DNA of 64,000 nucleotides from Alphaproteobacteria bacterium (GTDB lineage Bacteria > Pseudomonadota > Alphaproteobacteria > UBA2966), in the NCBI GenBank assembly GCA_964291395.2, contig OZ219856.1:1888001-1952000 (forward strand), read 5' to 3'. The notes below the pieces were generated by a model. The model was not told the DNA's origin and made no database searches. It was given only the letters and a program-made list of their open reading frames with translations. Both the position numbers and the translations under genes were made by a program. Shown here one piece after another: positions 39,131 through 47,406 of this stretch. Position 1 is the stretch's first letter. Each line of letters opens with the position of its first letter.

Positions 39131-40648
39131 TCAATGCATCCGCACCACGAATGTGTGCTCGCCGACGGTGGTCGAGACCTCGACGTCCCCGTCGACGGCG
39201 CGCCAGTCGTCAGACACGGCTCCGTCGGCGACGACGGTGCAGCTGCCGGGGTGAACGTTGGCGATGCGGAACGAGGTGGGCTCGCCCGAGGCACCCGGCG
39301 CGCCCTTGTCCGTGGCAACGATCAGACACCTGCGGTCGACGTCGTAGACAGCCTGGGACAGGCATACCTTGGGGAAGTCCACGCCGGTCACCGTGGGCTC
39401 CACGAACTTGCGCAGGTTGGGCTCCCGGAACAGGCGTCCCCAGGCCCCTTCCGTCATGGTCTCGGCCAGGGCGGTGATGGCGTTGAACTGCCCCCTCGGA
39501 TGAGGCTCGTTCAATCCAAAACCCCACCAGAATTCACCGGTGGCGTCATCCCAAGTCGGCTCGAAGCGCTCTTCCGCATAGGCCTTCAGTTTGCCGTAGA
39601 GCCCCTCGTCACCGTATTCGCGGGCGTAGATCATTCCGTAGATCACCTCGCGCGGGTTGCCGCCGGGAGTCTCTATCGGCGCGCCCTCGCGCCAGCCGAG
39701 CTGGCCGAACGCGGCCTCCACGAGAACGCGCGCGTCGTCGGGCCTCGAAGCCTGGATGAGCTGCGCAATCCCGAACTTCTGGAAGGGCTCGTGATCGCTC
39801 GGCATGTGGATGCCGAGAATCGGGTCGTAGTACATCGTCATCGAGCCCACGACCTCGCCGCCGTGAATGGAGACGTAGTGCTCCTTCGCGTACTCCCACC
39901 AGTTCTGGAAGACGCGGTTGTAGTCGCTGCCGTAGAGGGTGTCGTGGAGCCTCAGACCGAGGCCCGCGGCGGACATTCACAACGGCCAGATCTTGGTGTT
40001 CTCGCAGTGGCACCCTTCCGGACGGCCGGCCCATTGGTTGGCCAGGAATTCCGCGATGCGGGAGTGCGTCCACGTGAACGTATTCTCCCCGTCGCGCACC
40101 ATGTCGAACGGCTCGTTCCACTTCTCATCGCCGGTGACGTAGAGATGCAGACCCAGATTGACGAGAAAGAAGCCCCGGAAGAAGAGATTGCCGTCGGATC
40201 CGATGGGGTCCATCTGCAGACCCCACGGCTCGACGCCGTTGGCGGTCCAACCGGGCACGTCGTACTTGCCCCGGAGCGTCGGCGGGATCAGCGTTTCGTA
40301 CCATTCCTCCGGATACTGCTCGCGCCGGGGGTCGTCGCCGATCTGATCGAGCCAGTCCTTCGCGGCCCAATAGCCGGTGAACCGCGCGACGAGCTCGTCC
40401 AGGATCGTGCCGTAGACCTCGCGCCACGCCGGCGTGATGTCCGCCATGACGGCGACGGGCTGCGCCGAGTCCTGGAGGTCGAAGCGGTGCCAGGAGCGCC
40501 GGGGCTCGCCCGAGACGCCGTCCCAATGGGGGTGCGGCTGGCTGTCCTTGTCCCAACTGTCCGGGGTGGTCGCCTTGCGATACATGTAGCGCAACCAGCC
40601 GCGCGAGCGGTCGGTCGTCGCCTCATAGCCGCGAACAGTGCTCGGCAT
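39131..40648 (-). CDS. linalool dehydratase/isomerase-like protein, probable selenoprotein (UGA at 39977-39979 read as Sec224; 505 aa)
   Basis: Two ORFs in one frame separated only by TGA; DPIGSDGNLFFRG...GLHLYVTGD and CENTKIWPL*MSAAGLGLRLHDTLYGSDY align with LinD as recalled; SECIS-like hairpin follows; GGAGG RBS at the start. Confidence 0.75.
39947..39965 (-). promoter_or_regulatory. candidate bacterial SECIS element
   Basis: GGGCCUC-GGUCU-GAGGCUC stem-loop after an 11-nt spacer following the UGA. Confidence 0.7.
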
Positions 40649-41033
40649 CCGTCTTCCTCCCTGCTGCGCGGAATTTTACCGGGGCGGGAACGGGCACCGC
40701 AACCGGCCGCGGTCAGGGGTGACACATGGGATTTCGTGTCGACAAGGGAACGAGGAAAACCAGCGTCCGTGCGGGGGGGGGGGTGAGGCGAGACTAGGCG
40801 AGACTTGGCGAGTCGAGAACCAGCCGCCGCAGGGCGTTGTCCATCCGCTTCCTGGCCCACCAAGCGACCACGCCCTGCAAACCGTTGCAGGCCGGGATTT
40901 AGCCCGAGCGGCGCTTGAGCGGCAGCCCCCACGGCGCGGTGCGCGAGCCGGTGGGCGATGACGCGGGCGCGGGCGACGATGGCGGCGCGACAGGATAGTC
41001 CGCCCGCCGCCTTTCTCGACTTCCAAATAGTTG

Positions 41034-41222
41034 TGTCGCTGACAAGTAGATTTGTCCGGTTTTGGTAGCACATCGATTGGCCGCTTCTGTTGAGGTTGCC
41101 GGCCCTGTGGGGAAGTGGTCAGGCGCGGAGCGGCTGTCCACTTCCACAAGGCTGCGGTGGGTCGCGTCGAAGCGGGTCACGCGGCCTTCCGGGTTGGGGT
41201 TTCGAGCGGTTCGCCATCGAGC
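41034..41222 (-). mobile_element. IS1202/ISNCY-like element remnant (short transposase-like C-terminal tail plus right end)
   Basis: LDGEPLETPTRKAA* tail, then an imperfect hairpin, then gatgtgctaccaaaaccggacaaatctacttgtcagcgACA terminus. Confidence 0.6.
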
Positions 41223-41446
41223 TCGCGGACAACGCGGCGCTGAGGCCGGAAAGCGCAACGCCCATGGCGCCCCTTACACAGACAATCGGACACACCCCGA
41301 ACGACAGGGTAGTTTCAAAATCGGAGTTCACGGCGACGCCCCATTCTGGGGTTGTCCTCTCATCGGTGTGGACCTATATTTCTCCACGGACACCCCGGTA
41401 CCGCCTCTGCCCTCGGCACGCGGCCGGGGTAAATTCTTTCTTGGGG

Positions 41447-41914
41447 TTAGCCCGCCCCCCGCCCGCCGAACAGGCCGCGCCATGTGTGGTGTTTAGGCTG
41501 TACCTCGTCTTTCCGCTCCAGCACGTCTTCGCGTGGACGTTCGCGCTGTTGCTGTAGTTCCTCCTGGACCTCTGTAACCCCCATACCTCCCCTAACAGCC
41601 GTAGCTGCAGGCGCTAGCCCCATCGGTTCTACAATAATTCGCCCGCGGCCGCGCCTGATCAGGTAGCCGTCACGCCTGATCTTGAGTTTGCCTTGCTGAA
41701 CCAAGGGCCAAAGAGCGTTTTCGATCACACCGATATTTTTCCTGGCCTTCTTCTCATCCGTCTGTGACGCAACCCACTCGGCGAACGCCCGATCACCGAT
41801 CTCGCTGCCAACAGACTTGCGCAGCGCCTTCAGCTTGCGGAGCTGCCCCTTCGTCAAGGCATCCTCGTCGATGGGTTTCACATCAATCTCTGACTTACTT
41901 GCGCTCCCGCTCAT
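41447..41914 (-). CDS. hypothetical small basic protein (3' end uncertain)
   Basis: ORF in a lower-GC patch, rich in K/R (TKGQLRKLKALRKSVG...IRRGRGRIIVEP). Confidence 0.6.
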   Translation of the reverse strand: MSGSASKSEIDVKPIDEDALTKGQLRKLKALRKSVGSEIGDRAFAEWVASQTDEKKARKNIGVIENALWPLVQQGKLKIRRDGYLIRRGRGRIIVEPMGLAPAATAVRGGMGVTEVQEELQQQRERPREDVLERKDEVQPKHHTWRGLFGGRGAG

Positions 41915-42013
41915 GTTCAGCTCGCTCCGACAGTGTCAACCTTCCCACTCGATTAGGTTATTGATTTACAGAGATTTTTCACCCTCGAGCGAGGAATTTC
42001 GATCTACCTAAAT

Positions 42014-42053
42014 GGTTAGCAGGTTATCCTGTTATCCTGTTAACAGGCTATCC
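42014..42053. repeat. five imperfect 8-bp tandem repeats containing the palindrome cctgttaacagg
   Basis: ggttagca/ggttatcc/tgttatcc/tgttaaca/ggctatcc. Confidence 0.6.
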
Positions 42054-42198
42054 CTCTACTTTTCGCCTCATCGACCAGAAAACAGATCCGGTCCGGCTCC
42101 TGACACCAGCTGCATCCGGAGAGGGAGGGCCTCTCGCTCTGGGACAGTTACTTCGGCTCAAACCTCGCCCGCAATGGAATGGGAGTTGGTAGGCCCTC

Positions 42199-42939
42199 TC
42201 ACCAGACGGCAGCCATGGCTCCCACCGCCACGAGCAGCCATTGCGCCACGCGCCGGTAGAGCGCGGCCGGCGTGCCGCGAAAGACCCGCGAGCCGATCCA
42301 GACGGTCGCCAGGTAGGTCGGCAAGTAGAGCGATATCTTCAACAGGTCGCCGGCCGCCAGGCCGCCCGCGGCCGCGAGGTAGCCAAAGCCCCCTACGGTG
42401 AGGGCGCCGATGACGACGATCAGGTTGGCCCGGATCGCCGCGACGGGCTCTGTCGAGGAGACCAGGTAGAGGGTGGCGATCGCACCGCCCACGCCGCCGA
42501 GCCCCGTCGCCAGTCCGCTGGCGGCGCCGACAATGGCGTTGATCGCCGTCGTCCGGGGCCCCCGCCAGCTCCAGCCCCGGAGCATGGAGAGCCCGGCGGC
42601 CAGCACGAACAGCCCGATGCCCCTGCGGACCAGGACCGGATCGATGTTCAGCAGCGCATACGTGCCGATCGGCATGACCGCCAGGGCGACAAGAACGATC
42701 GGCGCGCTCTCCCGCCAGTTCATCAGCGGAAGGGCGCCGGGCAACAGCTGCACCGTGCCCACCAGGCCTCCCGCCAGGACCACGACGATGGCCGTGGTGG
42801 GAGGGTAGATCAGGCTGAGGACGGGAATGGCGAACACCGCTCCGCCAAACCCCGTGAACCCCCGGAGCAGGCCCGCCACGAGCCCCACCGCGAGCGTCGC
42901 GAGCGCAGGCAGGGTGAACAGTTCCGCCGCTATGGACAT
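42199..42939 (-). CDS. sulfite exporter TauE/SafE (TSUP) family protein
   Basis: GLLRGFTGFGGA motif and second-half GLGGVGG repeat; about 8 TM. Confidence 0.85.
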   Translation of the reverse strand: MSIAAELFTLPALATLAVGLVAGLLRGFTGFGGAVFAIPVLSLIYPPTTAIVVVLAGGLVGTVQLLPGALPLMNWRESAPIVLVALAVMPIGTYALLNIDPVLVRRGIGLFVLAAGLSMLRGWSWRGPRTTAINAIVGAASGLATGLGGVGGAIATLYLVSSTEPVAAIRANLIVVIGALTVGGFGYLAAAGGLAAGDLLKISLYLPTYLATVWIGSRVFRGTPAALYRRVAQWLLVAVGAMAAVW

Positions 42940-43031
42940 CGCGGCTACCTATCACAGCGCGGGAAGTCCGGCCCACCGGTGCGCGGCGACCGGCCCGTGA
43001 ATTCCCGCTCCGGCCCGTTCCCCGCGACGTC

Positions 43032-43131
43032 GCCCGCATCTCCCAAACGGGAGAGATGGATGAAGAAGTTCGAGCAGCCCCGAAAGTGTTGGCCCCGAGC
43101 CTGCGGCATGTCGGCGACCGATATCACCAAC
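43032..43131. repeat. ~100-bp inverted repeat, left arm
   Basis: exact reverse complement of 44360-44410 joined to 44448-44496. Confidence 0.9.
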
Positions 43132-43250
43132 CCTAAATTGGGGACTTTCTCTCCCGTTTGGGGGATAGCGTGGAAAGCATTACTGCTTAAAGATCGACCC
43201 AATGCACAAACGATACGTCTTTGTCAGGACGTGGAGCGGCGTAAATCGTC

Positions 43251-44429
43251 ATGGGTGAGCAAGAGATCTTCGAGCGCATTCTTGGGTCATTGAACGAAGC
43301 CATGCTCGATGATGCCCACTGGCCGGCAACCGCGGCTCTGGTCGACGAGGCCCTCGGCTCGAAAGGGAATATCATCGGCTGGGGGAGTGGAGGCCTCCAA
43401 AACGACATCCAAATCCTCTTCTCGCAGTGCTGCTTCCGCGGGGAGCGCAACGAGGATCTGGAGCGGCTTTATTTCGGGACCTATTTCCCCGTGGACGAAC
43501 GTGTTCCCCGCATCATGCAGCTGCCGGACAGCCGGATTGTTCACGTCGGCTCCCTCTACACCGACGAGGAGAAGAAGACTTCCCCGGCATACAACGAGGT
43601 AACGACTATCACCCATACCCGGGACAGCCTGCATGTATGTCTCGACGGGCCGGACGCCTCGCGCATCGGTTGGGTGATCGCCGACCGGGTCGACGACGAC
43701 GGCTGGTCGGCCGACCAGATCCAGACGATCGAGCGTCTTCTGCCGCACGTGCGCCAGTTCATGCGGGTCAGACACGCGCTGGTCAATGCTCAGGCGCTGG
43801 GATCGTCGGTCACCGCGCTGCTCGAGAACACCCGATGCGGGGTCATCCAACTGGACCCGCGGGGACGGATCGTGGCAGCGAACGACCGGGCCCGCGACGT
43901 CTTGCGGAAAGGCGACGGTCTGGCGGACCAGGACGGACTGCTGCGCGCCTCGCTGCCGGCGGAGAACGATGCCCTCCAGGCGCTGCTGGCGCGAGTCCTG
44001 CCGCCCTTCGGCGGCCAGGGCGAAAGCGGCTCGATGACGGTGAGGCGCGCGACCGTCTCGCCGCGGCTCGTGCTACACGCGAGCCCTGTCACCGGGGAAA
44101 AGATGGATCAGCGTGCGAGCCGGGTCGCGGCGATCGTGCTGGTGGTCGATCCGTCGAACCAGGGGCGCATCGATCCGGATCTGGTGGCCGGGATTCTCGG
44201 CCTCACGCCGGCGGAAGCCCGCGTGGCGGTAATGCTGGCGCAGGGCCTCACCGTCCGGAACATAGCCGCCGCGACGGGGCGGACCCAGGGCACTGTCCGC
44301 ACACACATCAAGCATATCTTCGACAAGCACGAGATCTCCCGGCAGGTGCAACTGGTGCAGTTGGTGATATCGGTCGCCGACATGCCGCAGGCTCGGGGCC
44401 AACACTTTCGGGACCGCTCATCGCCGTAG
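43251..44429 (+). CDS. LuxR-family HTH transcriptional regulator with a PAS-like domain
   Basis: GVIQLDPRGRIVAAN PAS-like segment; C-terminal GLTPAEARVA...TVRTHIKHIFDK. Confidence 0.88.
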   Translation: MGEQEIFERILGSLNEAMLDDAHWPATAALVDEALGSKGNIIGWGSGGLQNDIQILFSQCCFRGERNEDLERLYFGTYFPVDERVPRIMQLPDSRIVHVGSLYTDEEKKTSPAYNEVTTITHTRDSLHVCLDGPDASRIGWVIADRVDDDGWSADQIQTIERLLPHVRQFMRVRHALVNAQALGSSVTALLENTRCGVIQLDPRGRIVAANDRARDVLRKGDGLADQDGLLRASLPAENDALQALLARVLPPFGGQGESGSMTVRRATVSPRLVLHASPVTGEKMDQRASRVAAIVLVVDPSNQGRIDPDLVAGILGLTPAEARVAVMLAQGLTVRNIAAATGRTQGTVRTHIKHIFDKHEISRQVQLVQLVISVADMPQARGQHFRDRSSP

Positions 44430-44496
44430 CGAGAGCCGAGCTCGTACGGGCTGCTCGAACTTCTTCATCCATCTCTCCCGTTTGGGAGATGCGGGC
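44360..44496. repeat. inverted repeat, right arm (37 extra bp, 44411-44447, containing the luxR stop)
   Basis: reverse complement of 43032-43131. Confidence 0.9.
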
Positions 44497-44981
44497 TATT
44501 CGACGTACAGGCCGCGCCGGCGGTGCCAGTCCGCGATCGATTCGCTCGGGTAGCGGTCGAAACGCGCCTCGCCCGGTCCTTCGGGAACCGCGGTCCACGG
44601 CGCCTTGAAGTCGAGCATCATGTGCACGCGCTCGCGCGGCTGCGGCAGCGGCGTGTCGATCGCCGAGGCGAACGGGTAGATCCAGTCCGGGTAGAGCTCG
44701 TTGGCGGCCCACAGCATGGTGCCGCAATGGCGGCAGAAGAAGCGATGGGCCGTGTCGAGCTTGTCGGGATCGCCCTCGTGGCGCTTGACCCGGTAGTCGG
44801 CGACGGCGTCGGGGTCGCCGAGCGCCAGCGTCGCGGCCTCGGCCATGATGTTGATGGCATAGCCGCCACCGCCACCCACCTTGCGGCACAGCGAGCAGTA
44901 GCACAGCATGAAGGGCTCGGGCGTGTGCGATTCGGCCGTGAACGTCGCCGCGCGGCAATGGCACGAACCTTCGAGCAGCAT
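44496..44981 (-). CDS. GFA (glutathione-dependent formaldehyde-activating / CENP-V) family protein
   Basis: GSCHC, CYCSLCRK and FCRHCG zinc motifs. Confidence 0.9.
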   Translation of the reverse strand: MLLEGSCHCRAATFTAESHTPEPFMLCYCSLCRKVGGGGGYAINIMAEAATLALGDPDAVADYRVKRHEGDPDKLDTAHRFFCRHCGTMLWAANELYPDWIYPFASAIDTPLPQPRERVHMMLDFKAPWTAVPEGPGEARFDRYPSESIADWHRRRGLYVE

Positions 44982-45068
44982 GATTTCCTCCTTGGGCTGG
45001 GTCGGCCGCCGTTTCCGAGACGGCACGCTACCACGGTCCGTCCCGGCCATCGCGGTCCGGTGGCGTCC

Positions 45069-45240
45069 CTACTCCTCCCGAAGCGAGCGCGAGAAGTAGT
45101 CGGTGAGCGGCTTGGCGAGGTAGCTCAGCGGAGAGCGCTCGCCGGTGCGGAGATGCACCTCCACCGGCATGCCCGGCGCGAGCGCCAAGTCGCGCGCTTC
45201 GCCGGCGCCCGGTCGGAGAGGTTCCTCGGCGACCTCCGAC
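45069..45240 (-). pseudogene. orphan C-terminal fragment of a HlyD-family type I secretion membrane fusion protein
   Basis: LAPGMPVEVHLRTGERSPLSYLAKPLTDYFSRSLREE* resembles an MFP C-terminus; there is no room for the rest of the gene before nudF. Confidence 0.7.
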
Positions 45241-45327
45241 GCCGCAGGCTCGAAGGCAACGGATTGGTCCGGCCCGCCCCGTGACCTATGGTGCCGCGCC
45301 ACGGGGCCAGCAGATCGGAGTCCAGCA

Positions 45328-45933
45328 ATGGCGAGAAAGCATCGCGACGTCGAGGTTATCGCCCGCGACACCGTCTTTCAGGGCACCTATCGGGTCGACC
45401 GCTACCGCCTCAAGCACAGGACGTTCGCAGGCGGATGGAGCGAAGAGGTGTCGCGGGAGGTGTTCGAACGCAAGCACGCCGCGGCGCTGCTCCCGTACGA
45501 TCCGGTGCGCGACGAGGTCGTCCTGATCGAACAGTTCCGCGCCGGTGCGTACGCCGCGGGGCGGGACCCTTGGCTGATCGAATGCGTCGCCGGGCTGATC
45601 GAGGAAGGTGAAACCCCCGAAGACGTCGCGCGCCGCGAAACCCTGGAGGAGACGGGCCTCGAGCTGCTGGGGCTCGAGCGCGTCGGCGGCATCTTCGCCT
45701 CTCCGGGCGCCGTCTCAGAGTTCGTCGACATATTCCTGGGACGGGTCGACGCGGCGGGCGCGGGCGGCCTGCACGGCCTCGACCGTGAGCACGAAGACAT
45801 CCGTGCCTTTGCCCGTCCCGTTCACGAGGCCATCGACCTCTTGAGCGAAGGACACATCCTGGTCGGCCACACCGTCGTGGCCTTGCAATGGCTGGCCATT
45901 CACCGGGACGACGTTCGACGACGCTGGACGTGA
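45328..45933 (+). CDS. nudF: ADP-ribose pyrophosphatase (Nudix)
   Basis: LIEQFRAG, Nudix box AGLIEEGETPEDVARRETLEETG, and EHEDI. Confidence 0.88.
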   Translation: MARKHRDVEVIARDTVFQGTYRVDRYRLKHRTFAGGWSEEVSREVFERKHAAALLPYDPVRDEVVLIEQFRAGAYAAGRDPWLIECVAGLIEEGETPEDVARRETLEETGLELLGLERVGGIFASPGAVSEFVDIFLGRVDAAGAGGLHGLDREHEDIRAFARPVHEAIDLLSEGHILVGHTVVALQWLAIHRDDVRRRWT

Positions 45934-45937
45934 CGGC

Positions 45938-46330
45938 TCATGGCGGCGTCCCGGTCCCGGTCAGCTCGATGCGTTCGCCGTAGCGGCGAAAATCCGAGTC
46001 GCCGAAGGTCAGCAACCGGCGCTCCGCATGGGCCGGCATGGTGGCCGCGACGTTGGCGTCGTGGACCCGTTTCCCCGCCACCGGAACCTCCCGGCACAGC
46101 GCGGCCAGCATGTCCGTCACGTGCGGGCCGTCTTCGAGAGCCTCGAAAGTCGCACCCAACCACGCGGCATCGTTCAGGGCCTCGGTCATCGACAGCGGGG
46201 CGGACCAAACCTGCGGGCGGGTCACAGTCGACAAATACTCGCGCATCACCTGGCGGCTGACGCGCATGGGCTCGCCGCTTTCATGGGCTCGGACGGGGCC
46301 GCGCGCGCAAGCACTTCCTGTCGGAGCAGG
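45938..46330 (-). pseudogene. PIN-domain toxin remnant lacking a recognisable N-terminus
   Basis: VSRQVMREYLSTVTRP...GKRVHDANVAATM...LLTFGDSDFRRY; no DTN motif and no antitoxin seen. Confidence 0.7.
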
Positions 46331-46529
46331 TGTTCGACCGGCTGGGCCCGCGTGCTCGCCGACCCTCCGTGCGGCGGGCTTCCCGAGCAAGCCGTTCCCT
46401 GCGCGGAGCCATCGTCAAACACTCCACAGGAATGAACGGTTCCGACTTACCGAAGGCAGGATGGACGGCGATGGCCGTCAAAGACATCGTTGCGAGCGGT
46501 TCGGCCGCTTCGGCGCTGCGCCAGAGATC

Positions 46530-47406
46530 CTACCAGTCCAAGCCCTCGAAGAATCCGATCATCTCGGCGTTGGCCCGATCCGGCGCTTCGTAAGGCGCGA
46601 AGTGACCCACGCCTTCGAAAACCTCGACGTCCACGTCGGTGAAGCACTCGCCCAGCCGGTCGCGCCACTCGACCCGGAGGATCTTGTCGTGCTCCCCCCA
46701 CCGCACCGCGGGTCGGGACCGCAATCGGCGCGAGTTCGCCGAGGTCGCCGCGCACCGTCCTTATCCGGTTTTCGTGATTGGCCTTGTACCAATCGAAGCC
46801 GCCCTGGACGTTGCCCGGCTTCATGTAGTTGTCGACCCAGATCTCGAGGTCATCGTCGAAGGCATGCGGGTCGTGGCTCCAGTGAGACAGGAAATGCGAG
46901 ATGTAGGCCCGGCAGTTCTCGCGGCTCGAGGCGACCAGCGGCGCGGCGAAGGGCAGTTGCTGAAAGGCCTGATACCAGACCTCCTTCACGTGATCGACGG
47001 CATACCAGCGATCGCCGATCTGCGGATAGGGAAAACTGTACAGGAACAGGCCCGAGACGCGCTCCGGATGCCGCCGCGCGTATTCCTGAATGATCCAGGG
47101 CGCGAAATCGTGACCGACGATACCGACTCGATTCCACCCCAGGTGATCGATCAGCGCGGCCAGATCCGCGACGTAGTCATCCACGGTCGGCGTCCGCTCG
47201 TGTTTCTCCGAATCGCCGAAGCCGCGCCAGTCCGGAGCGACGACGTCGAAACGCTCCGCCAGCGCCGGGATGTTCTTGTGGTAGACGTACCAGAACTCCG
47301 GATAGCCATGGCACATGACGACGGGGCGCCCGGAGCCGTGCCGGACGTAGTGGATTCTGGCATCCGGCAGGTCGGCGTACCGGTGGTTCCAAGCGAAATC
47401 GCTCAT
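46530..47406 (-). pseudogene. alpha/beta hydrolase (epoxide hydrolase-like) with a +1 frameshift near 46710 (pseudogene or sequence error)
   Basis: HGYPE, DWRGFGDS and GHDF in one frame; WGEHD...GVGHFAPYE in another; span is 3n+1. Confidence 0.75.

Noticed and set aside
39131-40648. Two separate genes (39977..40648 and 39131..39976)
   Set aside because: The break falls inside a conserved active-site motif, the frame is continuous, the second ATG has no RBS, and a SECIS-like hairpin follows the TGA
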